From the NCBI RefSeq assembly GCF_033153115.1, contig NW_026889778.1, forward strand, positions 4,960,001 through 5,024,000: a DNA stretch of 64,000 nt, in the 5' to 3' direction. This DNA comes from Saccostrea echinata. Taxonomy: Eukaryota. The notes beneath the pieces are model-generated. The model saw only the letters and a list, made by a program, of their open reading frames with translations. It had not been told where the DNA came from and made no database searches. Both the position numbers and the translations under genes were made by a program. Positions within the stretch are counted from its first letter, which is position 1; each line of letters begins with the position of its first letter. This document shows, piece after piece, positions 14,259 to 26,459 of the stretch.

Positions 14259-15027
14259 AAACAAGCGAAAAATGATTAGAAAAGTATTTATGGATGTTTT
14301 CCCAATGTATATACTGTATTTTTAATGCCGATCTCAAATTTGGCACATAATAATTCACTGCAGACGTGTTTTATTATTTATATGTACAGTTGAACTGTAA
14401 CAATCAATATCTTTCAAATTTTTTAACCAATTATTGCAAATCTCGCTTGAAGTATACACTATGACCGAAATAGCGATGCACTGAGTGACGATACTATTGG
14501 ATTTGAGAATTAAACAATTAATATCACTGGTTACATTTTATAAAACATACGTTTTAATTGGTTGATTGGAGCCCGCCCACTTTCGTGTGGTATCCTTTGC
14601 CTATATATATATATATATATTGGAAAGCATCTAACCGCCTAGCCATGTTTGTTGAAAACTTTGGTTTACTTTTTGAATTATACAAAGAAATAAACCATAT
14701 AATCATATTTCAGCAAGTGATATTCTTTTCACAGACTGTACTTGTATATTTTTAACACACTGTTCATCCTACTATACATGTATACTGCATATTACCAAAA
14801 AATAAATCAGAAACGACTGTATATTTATGTAAATGCTATGAAATGTTAATTATATTAGTATAATAGCGTAAGGGTAGTCCATGAAACCACTTACAAGGTT
14901 ATTTTGTTTTGGATTCCTTCACATCTCAATTTTTATAACAAACGTAGCAAAATTAAGAAAAAAAATATATGGGAAATTACTGAAATTTAGGCAGGGTATT
15001 AAGGCATTTGATAAGAAATAAATAATG

Positions 15028-15300
15028 AAAATAACGAACATTAATCAAGCTCAAAATTCCATTGATACAATACAAATAGGGAGCAGAGCAAACACGGACC
15101 CCTAAAACATTAGAGGTGATCAAGTGCTATGCAGGAGGAATAATCCTCTTTCGACTGGTCACACCCGCCGTGTGCTCTTTACCATGATCGGACAAATGAA
15201 CAAAATCTGTAGACAATTCAGTGTAAAAATATTGGCCTACAATGTGTATGAAAAAGTCAGTCAACATGTGATTAAAGATAGATTGTGAATGACCTAATGA
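15028..15300 (-). mobile_element. Penelope-like element 3' end fragment
   Basis: 'gagcagagcaaacacggacccc...ggtcacacccgccgtgtgctcttt' is the reverse complement of 21130-21235. Confidence 0.75.
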
Positions 15301-16823
15301 AAAAGAAATTACTTATTTCAGATATTGAAGTCATCTAATGTTAAAATAAATACTGACTTACAATGCTTCTGACAGATGAACTTAGAAATACGATTGTGTA
15401 GATCTCTAGCGTTAGTAGCTGATTGTTTTAACAACCTAATTTGAAAATCTTTTTTCTTATTATCTCAAAAGGTCTTGAATTGCAATAGGTGATAGTCTTT
15501 ATAACATATTGTATAAAAAACTTCTATAAATAATAATTTTCATTTCAAGTACACGTCATTGAAGATTCGTAAGGTAATAATTAATCTTAGATCGTTTTTC
15601 ATACAAAATGGTAACAGTGAGTGTGTTTTGATGATATATATCTTTAAAAGTGATCAAACCCAAATTGCATTGCTCTTTCGTTTACCTTAAGGATAGATAA
15701 TTACAAAGTTGTTTTTTTTTTCAACAATGAAGCCATATGATGAGATTTAACGATTTTGATTGAGAAGGGAATTAATCACAAAGGTCCAAACACGTAATAA
15801 AATAGATAAATAAATAAAAAAGTCTGTTGTCTGGATGTTGTCTTCCTTTGTCTATTGTTGTGTATAAGTAAATGATTAAACAGAAAAAAATAATTGAACA
15901 GCTAGCATTTACTTCTGGAAATAGAAATGACTTCTGTAGGCAATCTCACCTGGAGGTCTAATCACGCCATAACCATTTATTAACCACCCGACGTTGCAAG
16001 AGGTAGATATAAAACTCCACATGTAATCAAACCTGTAGAAGTCTAATAACACACTGTACTGAGGTTGATAAAGAAAAACACACCAACGTCCTTGTCTTTA
16101 TTTGCTTCTTTAATATTGTTTCACGGTTGCTGTTTCATTTTTTTGTTTTTAAATATTATTTTTACCAATAAACAGTTAAGTCTTTAAGTAAAGTTAATAC
16201 TGTTTTAAAGGACATGTATATACACCAGGAATAACGAAGATTCAGGAAATTAGCAAATAGATTCTCCATTCATGACATTAAAAGTATTTAATGTTAGATC
16301 TGGTAAGACTAAGTGTCCGTTTTGCACTTTATTAAGCATGAAATGTTACAGAGAATGTTAAGGCTGGAATAAACAAAGGATACTTCAACCTTAGTTGTAT
16401 CCCAAAACAATTGAGTTGAAAGTGTTTGAGGGCACAAGCACCACGTTCTCTAGTGTTTGTTATTCAGTGTATTCTTTGTGTTCCATTTTAGTAAGAGAGT
16501 TCTATTGATATCTTAGGATTAGAGATCATAACACTCTATCCAAAATACACTTTACCATTGATAGATTTGTCAATGGACGTACAAATTCCCATAATAAATA
16601 AAGAAGATCAAATAGAGAGGAATATATACTCAAAACTAATTATAACTTGGAACTTTATTTTTATATATCCAGTGCACCAATACAGATGATGAAATTTTGG
16701 TCTTTATACCATTTCATTGATTTTGACGATATCGAATGATACATATTCCGTGTGAATTTGCAAGAACATTTTGATACTAAAATATCATTTTCTTGTGATG
16801 TCTACTGATATTTGACAGATTTG

Positions 16824-16990
16824 TAATCTAAAGTATTGTTTTTGACAAGTCTTAAACTTTATTTAAGTTATGAGAATCTAGTTGTAAATATAAAATATGA
16901 AATATGTATAATCTAGAGTATTGTTTTAGACCAGATCTTAAATTTTATTCAAGTTTTGAGACTCTAGGTGTAAAAGAAATATGACTATTA
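16824..16990. repeat. Diverged tandem duplication (~85 bp x2)
   Basis: 'aatctaaagtattgtttttgacaag...' is repeated as 'aatctagagtattgttttagaccag...'. Confidence 0.6.
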
Positions 16991-18587
16991 AATCTCTCAT
17001 GATCATGATGTTTTGCCTTCACAGAGTTGCTCAGCTTTAATTTAACACCATTGCTGTATTTCGAAATATATGAGTGCATGGACCTACTCTACAATCGCTG
17101 TTAATTTTGAGAAAAGAACCTCTCCTGGGATCTGTTTTACGTCAATTAACCAAGTCAATATCATCATAAGTCATATATATATATTTTTAATTGGATTTTC
17201 TGTAAGATGCAGGGCTTAAAGCATTTAAGATCTTTTTTTCGTCAAATAAAAAGACATTCAAATATAAGCAATGTCAACACACTTTGGCAATCACGGACAG
17301 AAATGCAGAGATACCACTTTAAAAAAACTCATACGTTGTCACGTGTAGTTTATCAATTTTTATAATTATTATTCTTCATTGAGATGAAAATAATTTGAGC
17401 ATTATTTAAGAGCATAATTCATGAACTAATAAGTTAAAGAAACGTAATAGTGATATATGTAACCAGTAATGAACTTATACATGAATTAGCTGATCAAATA
17501 TGAGCACTAGAGTTTGGTCGCGTGCATTGCAGAGTAATATTGCAGGGAGGGGGAATTTGACCAAATGCAATCTACAGCGCATACCTAATGCTTGACAATG
17601 ATATCTTTTGCACTGCCAAGCAAAATTCTATACTACAATACCCTGTTTATGTAAAGATTAAGAATGGGCATCCGAAATATTAATTTAATCACATACAATT
17701 TTGCCTAATTTTATATCGTAGCTGTATGTACTCATAATTAACCTCTAGAAGGCCCAGTAACCCTTGATGTTACTGTGTATACAGTTCTGCCTGTCCTTAT
17801 AAAGATCTAGGAAGCCGTTAATATACAGTTTATAGCTGAGGACAGACATTTGTAAATTCAAATCTATTAAAAAGTTGTTCTCGAAACATAGCAGTTTTTT
17901 TTTTTATTTTTTTTTACCAGGTTTATACAAATTCATTACATGTACTGTGAAAACCGTTGTGTTTGACATTTCTTTGTTTTGCAAAGGTTTGTCATGGGTT
18001 GGCCACCGCTGTACACATTTGCTAAAAATAGTTAATTTCTTATTTCAATACACCGGCAGTGGTCAAAATTAAAACAAAACTACAGAAAATGAAACTTAAT
18101 TTGTATTCTTATTTATGTATTATGTAGTCCGCGACGTGAAAGAAATATACAAGAGAAAATTTTTAAATTATCAGTTATCTCATGACATCTGCTATTTATA
18201 TAACACAGGCAATACTAATTTTCCTCAAGCAAGACCACTTTTTTAAAGCTTTATATTATTGCAAGATAAAGGTGCCAAGTACTCAACAAATAAACGTAAT
18301 TACAAGAAACATTGGCAGTGGAATTAAACTCTTCTATCAATTGTTTAATTGAAAATAATAACAACTAATTAATACATCATTGATTTAAAAGGTGAAGATA
18401 TCGAACATTGACTTATGGAAAAATCTGCTAAACAATACATCTTTATGAACAGGCAAAAATCACGATCTCTTGAAATTTCGAGAAGCGGGATCATGTGCTC
18501 GGGAGAAATAATAAATTATGGAGATAAGGTACAGTAATCAAGCTCAAAAGTCCATTGAAACATAGCAGCAATAATGTAGCCCTCTCC

Positions 18588-18594
<7 letters not shown>

Positions 18595-18630
<36 letters not shown>
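18595..18630. repeat. (AG)n microsatellite
   Basis: Direct reading. Confidence 0.95.
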
Positions 18631-18632
<2 letters not shown>

Positions 18633-18756
18633 ACATTCCACAGAATCTCTATAATGGTGCAAATATATTTCTTCGATACCGTCAACTGCAGACAAAAATA
18701 AATTGCTATTGCATTCAACTTACTTCCAATAAGACGGATTTGTTTTTGTTTTTTTG

Positions 18757-18787
<31 letters not shown>

Positions 18788-19585
18788 CAATTCTTGTCTT
18801 GAATAAGTGCATTTTTGAGTTCAAGTAAGAAATGTGTATAAAATAGCCACTTGCTAATAAATTGAACAAAATCTGTGTGATTTTGAAGAACTTCCTCCTT
18901 AGAAAGGGAACATTGGTATAAGTTTGATTATCACTTGCAGAATTAAATCTCGCTCCTCTCAAATACTATTAAAATAATGAGTCTTAAAAACAAGACAAAG
19001 TTGCTAACTGCTTTGTCAACTGGGACCAGTACATATTGATCGTGAAATCTATTTTTTTTTTTTCACTTCTTAATTATTGAAGACAGAAGGATAGAATTTT
19101 CATATTGCCCCTCAACTGCTTAATTGGAGATTTCAACATACATCTGATACTTTTAATCAATTCTGACAAAGTGTCAAGGTCTTCTTTTCATGTTTTTCCC
19201 ATTGCCTGGCGTAATCTTCAACATAATTCATAATACTTACATAATGGACTGGAGTTGTAGGGTGAAGAAGAACATGAACACGTTAAAGGATTATGTTTCA
19301 GATGTTCGATTTCTAGGCACTGTAGAGTTTGTTTTGTTGTTGTTGTTTGTTTTTTAAATTTAAATATTTGGTTGCAATAGTTGATGTATATTTGTATGAA
19401 ATACAAGGTGTGGACTTCAGCTTGAGATATGGTGGAATACAAGACTGGACCCTTTTGTGATTAAGAATATTATTTATATTAATGTCATCATGAAAATTCG
19501 GATACTAAGCATTCCCTTTTCTATATAAAACAAAAAAATAGTCAAATACTTTAAAAGAAGAAAACACAAGAAATATGCTTATTTT

Positions 19586-20140
19586 TTGGTCAGGAAAACA
19601 CTTCCTGTGGCCTTCAACTCGACATTTAGATATAACGACGACGTATTGCCAATTAACAATGGTTATTTCCATTCTTGTGTCGATACGATATACCCCAGTG
19701 AGCTTGAAATAAAAGATACTACAGAGTCTGACACATCTGTTTCATATTTGGATATTTTACTAGATAAAGACTGTAATGGTCATCTAACAACACGCTTTAT
19801 GATAAACGTCATGACTTTAACTTTTCAATCGTCAACTTCTTATTTATGCAGCAATATACCTTCATCACCTGCATACGGGGTTTATATCTCTCAGATGATT
19901 CGATACACAAGAGCATGTTCTACGTATGAACAATTTCTAAAACGAGGTAAGTTATTGACAAACAAGTTGATGAAACAAGGATATCAGCAGTGTTTTTAAA
20001 GTCCTCATTTCATAGCTTCTACGGTTCATACAATGACCTTTTCAGCACATACAAAAGAGGTCCTTGTTTGCTCTGCTCCAGAATTTGTATTCTTTAATGA
20101 AATGTTGGGTTTGTTTACTGTTCGTTATCTCCATACATTT
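19586..20140 (+). mobile_element. Penelope-like RT fragment (Naiad-like)
   Basis: ORF has 'FNSTFRYNDDVL' (RYIDD motif), 'IYPSELEIKDTTES...SYLDI' and 'SNIPSSPAYGVYISQMIRY', which are PLE RT palm/thumb motifs. Confidence 0.85.
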
Positions 20141-20822
20141 CACTGAAACAATAAGGTTTATTATTCATTTATTATTTATATGATGTGACCTCTGTATGAG
20201 ATGACTGGTGTCCATCTTCAGCAGTGGGATTCCACCCAGCAACGTTAGGATCAATTCCTTACTTAACGATGCTAGTAGAATATGCTCTTACCACGGATCT
20301 GACGAATCCAATCTAGAGAAAGGGATTCGTAGAAGTGTAAAGCACATGTGATATAAAGGTACAAATAAGTTAAATTTAACAAATTTGAATTTGCTTAAAA
20401 GCCGTCTTAATCAATCAAATCTTCATTATTCACTGAATGTTTCCACATTGTTAAATTATAGGCAGAGTATTTGCTTTATAATAATGAAAAAAGTTGAGGT
20501 TTGATCTTCACTTATGAATCGCTGATTATAGCTATATTGTAAATCAAATAGGGTACCAATTTTGATGCATCAGATGCGCATTTTAACAAATTGTGTTTCT
20601 TCAGAGATTCTCATGCTGAAACGTTGGGAATCCAAAATGATGAAAAAAAAAAACTATGAAAAGGACTTGTAGGACAACGCGGCTAGGATAAGGCTGTCCG
20701 TAAAATATCACATTGCACCAGCAGCAGTAACGTCTCTGAACTACCTAAATATGACGTCATAATAGCATATGCCATCATGCTACTGCAAATTTGAGCTGAC
20801 ATGACGGGGAGAGTGTCATAAA

Positions 20823-21290
20823 TTATACATTCCAGTCTTATGACATGTATGTCTCTCAGTTGATTCTATACGGAAGAGCATGCTCTACGTATGAACAATT
20901 TCTAAAACGAGGCAAGCTATTGACAAGCAAGTTGACGAAACAAGGATATCAACAGTCTCGTTTGAAGTCATCTCTTCGCAAGTTTTGCGGTTGATACAAT
21001 GACCTTATCAGCAAATACAATCTATTATTGAGTCAAATGCTGACTGACGTTTTTCATACTAATTGTTAGGCCATTTTTTAAACACTGAACTGTCTACGGA
21101 TTTTTCCGGTTTTTTGTTTCCCGATCATGACAAAGAGCACACACGGCGGGTGTGACCTGTCGGCAGGGCATGCTCACTCCTCCATGGCACCTGATCCCAC
21201 CTCTAAATTTTGAGGTCCGTGTTGCTCTGCTCCAAATTTGTATCGTTTCATTGGACTTTCGAGATTGAATACTGTTAGTTTTCTTCATAT
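20823..21290 (+). mobile_element. Penelope-like element RT C-terminus and 3' UTR
   Basis: Reads 'RACSTYEQFLKRGKLLTSKLTKQGYQQSRLKSSLRKF...QMLTDVFHTNC*', followed by the conserved 3' segment. Confidence 0.85.
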
Positions 21291-22097
21291 ATTTAGTTGA
21301 TGTTAAATTCAGGTGTCTGGATTGTTTATAAGCTTCAGTGTTATGGAGAATATTTGCATTGACATCGTAGTTTATTTCTCTTGTCTGATATATAGCGTAT
21401 TCAAACAATAACAAAAAGTAGAATGTGAAATGCTCTCCTTTTCCCGTGCGCAAATCTGAGGAGTTAGAATTTATACATCGTGGATATATTAGACTGGTAC
21501 AAGTGATTAATACGGATAAATTGAAGATATTCTCTCTTAATCTACAAGAGTAGTATGTTCTCTAACTAACTCTTGCTGGGGGATAATTTGGTTTATCGCC
21601 TATTTAGTATAAAGAGTGAAAAATACCCTCATATGTGTTGGTAAGAAGTTCTCGTGAAATATTTACAATAAAAATAAAATTCGGACTTGCCCCCCCCCCC
21701 CCCTGCACTTTATGTATACAATACGATACGATTAATTGATTCATTCACAATAATTTTGTTTATCACTTGTGCCAAGGCGATTTTTGAAGTCATGTGACAT
21801 CACAAAAATATGTTATTTTGATACCTGATAAAATTCCCTTCGCAAGTTGGTTCTACATATAAATTCAAAATTGAAATCACAACACAGACCAAAACAAAAA
21901 AAAAACTGTATGTTTTAGTGCATTCAGACAGCCTTAACATAGCTGCGAACAATTAATAATAACAAAAACTTGAATTCAGAGGACTTGAAGTGCTCATTTT
22001 CCGAAATATTTTAATTTTTAAGGGTGACATTTATCTTTGCCAATTACGCCTAAGTGCTTTGCGTCAATGTATTTTCCAACTACTTAGAAAATTTTTA

Positions 22098-22130
22098 TAT
22101 AAAAGCTAACTCCGCATACCTATTCATTGC
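22098..22130 (+). promoter_or_regulatory. TATA box plus initiator of the secreted-precursor gene
   Basis: TATAAAA at 22098-22104 and TCATTG Inr-like with its A at 22126 (28 nt spacing). TTGCGTCA (CRE/CEBP-like) lies at 22059-22066. Confidence 0.65.
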
Positions 22131-22152
22131 ATTGTCCTTAGTCTCAGATGAG
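22126..22152 (+). other. Putative non-coding exon 1 of the secreted-precursor gene
   Basis: Begins at the Inr and ends at a consensus donor GAG|GTAAGA (GT at 22153). The next acceptor is 'ttattactag|' at 22391-22392. Confidence 0.55.
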
Positions 22153-22403
22153 GTAAGATTATTTCAAGTAAGCATCCTCTTAGTATTCATGATAATTAAT
22201 GATTGAAAGAAACCGGTCTGATTAATCATTCTAAGTCTTGATAATATATATTGCAAAAAGTAATTGTAACTATATTTGATATGTTCATTGCAACATTCTC
22301 AAGCTTACCTTAGTTGCAGCAGAATATGAAATCATATTAAACAGAACATTAAATACATGCCACTTATGTTCCCTGTTTTTATTTATTACTAGGTAAACTG
22401 ATA

Positions 22404-22455
22404 ATGCATCTGAAGCCCTTCCTTATTGTTTTGTTGATCTTCATAATAAATGAAG
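22404..22455 (+). CDS. Coding exon A: signal peptide MHLKPFLIVLLIFIINE
   Basis: ATA-ATG start, basic n-region, hydrophobic core, donor AAG|GTGAGA (phase 1). Confidence 0.7.
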
Positions 22456-25400
22456 GTGAGAAGAATTACGTTAATTTGTTTGTAAAAACCATTTAATTAT
22501 CAAATAATTCCAGGTTAAAAAATCATTAAAATCAGAAAAGGATCAAGCAACCTTAAATTTATCTTTATAATAGTGTCTCTTAATGAGCAATATTTTCTTT
22601 TCATTCAATGACTGGTATTTTTTTTCAATCTTTTAAACGAGATATTTAAACGAGATATTAAACAAATGATGTGAGCTATAATGTATTCACCAGTGTGAGC
22701 ATAAGAAACATTTGGGTTGGTTTTTTTTTTTTTATTAATTTCTATTATCTTTTTTACTTACTAAGAACACGGTAAACTGTTATAAATTATTGTCAGCGAG
22801 TATGTAATATATACCCATTAAGGACATAGAGTGAAAACTGTTAGTTAAACTTTTTTTTTCAAAATTGCAGACTTTCAAGTTATCTTAAATTACTATTTCA
22901 TAATTGTTTCAAATATAAAAAGATTTAAAAATATTTTACTTTCATGTAGATTACTTGAGTTTGATTCGTCGAAAAACATTTGTTAAAAAACATAGTTAAG
23001 CTCTGAATGATGAAACTATGTCCTTTGGTGCGATAGAAAGCAACAGTTAACAATGTCTGACGAGGGGTGATATTAAAAAAGATATTGGCTGCGCGAAATA
23101 TATGTGATCGTTTCACTTTTATTTGTATTTGTATAAAACATAAGTCATTTAGTATAATATAAAAAATACTGCATGTAGTTGAGGGTAACATTGAAGGCTG
23201 CGCCTCGGTTGACAATAATTTTCTTGGGTAAAAGTTTTCAATGTTACTCTCTATTACATGCAATATTGATATAATATAAGTTACAGATATGCCTGGGGCC
23301 ATTAGCTTGGATGTGATGTCTATTTCATTATTTCATTCCTACGTTTTCCGTACATTCCCAAGTCAAGTGATACTGTCGTATATTTTAAAAGTGCTGCGAA
23401 CCTGTTGAAATCTTGCAAATGAATTAATTACTTCTATATCTAATGCAGTTGACCAGCAAGATATTCAACTCGCGGTCAATATGGCCTAACAAATATAATC
23501 GTAACAATTCGAAAGCAGTTTCTATATAGGTTTGCCACACTTTTTAACGAACTAAAAAGGTTGTGGTAACTTTTTATAAATAAAAGTTCGATTTTTAACT
23601 TCTTTATGACCTTGTAATATTTTAATTTATATATGACTTCAATACTCTCAATGCTATAAGTATTTTTGCTTAAATCACGTAATTGCCACATGTCTTAAAG
23701 GAAAATCTATAAGTCCTTAGCATGTAGATTTTAACTAATTTACATTTGTCCCACATTAGTGGAGAACTTAAAAGAATCGCCCAACCTTAAAGAGTATATT
23801 TTTTATCTTTTAAGAAAAGGCCGATATTTCCATTATGCACCTTATTTAGCGGTACTGCGCCTCGTCAGATAGAGAGTGGTCATAATTAAATAGAATTGAT
23901 ATTGGAAATACCCTGATTAATAGAATTCTTGGTAAAATGTTACATGAAGCGTTTGCCTAAATGCAAATTACGAAAGAATCTCGCATTTACAGACGTATCA
24001 CACACAATATCATTGCACTAAATTCAAATCTAACAAAAATGTGTCAGCCTTTCGAATTCAATGTTGAAGATTTTATTTTTGTTAAATATTTATATATCAT
24101 TTAAACCTTGCAGATTTGTTTATTTTTAAATGTATAAGAAAATATTAATATGGTTTCATTTTTGATATATATTTTTCATGATTATTTTCAACATAATTTT
24201 TTTTCCAAGATGCATCACTCTCAGAGAAAGTTGACAGTGACAACAGAGTACATATAAGTGACATCGGTAGCCATACCTTCATAAGGTGAGATATGTGTTC
24301 TGTAGATGAAATGTTGCGTAATAACAATATTTATTTTTCTATATTTATAAGAGGAAAATGATAAAAATGAGGGGGTACCCTACGGCTTTCTATAACAAAC
24401 GATTAAACAATTTCAAGAAAAAGTACAAAAGCAAAAAATTAAAATGTTATGAAAGATCTAAAGACTTCATGGAAACCCAAAAATCATACATAGTTTTTTT
24501 TAGGTTGTTTACTTGGACTTTTTCAAGTAATACCTGCTTGTTTTGAAAGAATATTTATATTTAGCAAATGTAAACATTCTTTTCTTACAATTAACATCAC
24601 ATCATCAAAAAGAATAAAGTCCATATATCTTTACAGTTTTTTTGTCATTCAACATAATCTGATCCATAGAGTTTAAAAAAAAATATTTGCTTAAAACAGG
24701 CTCATTTTTAAGCCATTTATATGACAGGCATAGAGAAAAAAGGCGTATCCTGGGAGCTGAACACGAGTACTTCCGGGCATATTACTATGAGAAAGGTCTC
24801 CTGCGTGTTTACAACAGTTTGAGACGTGACGGATTAATAGATGATTGGAGTCCACTAGGGGCAACTTCATACAGTAACGCCATTGCTACGTCAACAGATT
24901 ATTACAGAGTGCAAGCAGAAGCAGGTACAAACGTTAATCTTTCATTATATTAAATGTATGGTTTTCAACGAAGCCCTTTTTTTTAAAGAAATAAGGTATC
25001 ATATTTAAACTTTTATAGCGATGTACGTGTTGGATATGTAATGAACTCCCAGAAAGCCCGAACGGATTTATGGTAGATTTATTCACATATCAAACCGTAT
25101 TTACATCCCAATAAATGTTTTGAAATGATACGTTATTACTTATATATACTTATATTTTCATTTTTGACTGATTTATAGCAAATATTTTCCTAGTACTGTA
25201 GTTATTTATTGTTTTTAAACCTCAACAGTATAAATCTCAAGTTCAAGTTCAGTTTAATCGCCCAAATCAAAATATCGGCACATGGGGTATATTGATAACA
25301 TATATACGTATCAAACAANNNNNNNNNNNNNNNNNNNNNNNNNNNNNNNNNNNNNNNNNNNNNNNNNNNNNNNNNNNNNNNNNNNNNNNNNNNNNNNNNN

Positions 25401-26416
25401 NNNNNNNNNNNNNNNNNNNNNNNNNNNNNNNNNNNNNNNNNNNNNNNNNNNNNNNNNNNNNNNNNNNNNNNNNNNNNNNNNNNNNNNNNNNNNNNNNNNN
25501 NNAGGACAGACAGCGTCATAAACTTTTATGATAAAAATATACACTTTTTTTAAAGGATTTTTTTCGTTTTGGGTTGACATAAAGTCCGTGTATTTAATAA
25601 TATTCGATCCGTGAGAATAATAATTGCCCAGACATTTTTTCGTACATTAGCTAAAGATTTGCATTCTAGAATATTATGAATTTCATCAGCAATTTGACCA
25701 TTATTACAAAGTGTAAAAATTTCAGATAATGATATACCATACCATCTTCCATTTTGTATTGGCATATGATGATTGTAGTGCGAAATTTTGAAAGCATTTT
25801 TCTAAATTTAGGGGAAATTTACAAAAAATAATTTTCAAATCCAAAATTTTCTTTAAAGATTCTGTAATTTTGTCCTTTTGAGGAATTATTTACGTCACTG
25901 AACCAATTCTGAATCAATTGATCTTGTAATATTTGCTTAACAGCAGCACTTATTCATTATTCATTTATAATTGATATTGACACCCTGTTGGTACCAAACA
26001 TTTAATGAACCAAACATGTTACATATTTTCGGTATGCAATTTAACCAAGAGTTTGTCAAACTCCATCACAATAAAGTTTTAATACGTATATTTGTATACC
26101 ATATTTACAATTTTATTTTGCGGTCCTGAAAAGAGTTTGTCCAGTATGAGATCATTCTAAAATATATTAAGATATATAGAGGAAAACGACCTATTTCATC
26201 ATAAACCATGTATGCTTGCGTACGTGGAGCTACATGCTTTTAAAAGTTCAGATGTAAGCGTTAAATAACATCAAGATTTTCATAACCCCATACTTCAGAG
26301 CCACACAATAAAACTGGTATAAAAACTTTATCAAAAAGATCAAACTGGCAGTAAACTGAAAATTTAAATTGTCTACTTTTTCTTATAATGCCGTATATAG
26401 CTTTTTGTGCCTGTTT

Positions 26417-26459
<43 letters not shown>

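Noticed and set aside
18593-18962. Lys-rich short ORFs
   Set aside because: Produced by poly(T) and (AG)n tracts.
25019-25075. Extra exon of the secreted-precursor gene (acceptor ttttatag at 25017-25018)
   Set aside because: In the required phase 1 it reaches TAA after six codons, and exon C already joins exon D in frame.
25202-25580. ORFs full of X (also 33678-33964)
   Set aside because: Artefacts of translating N gaps.
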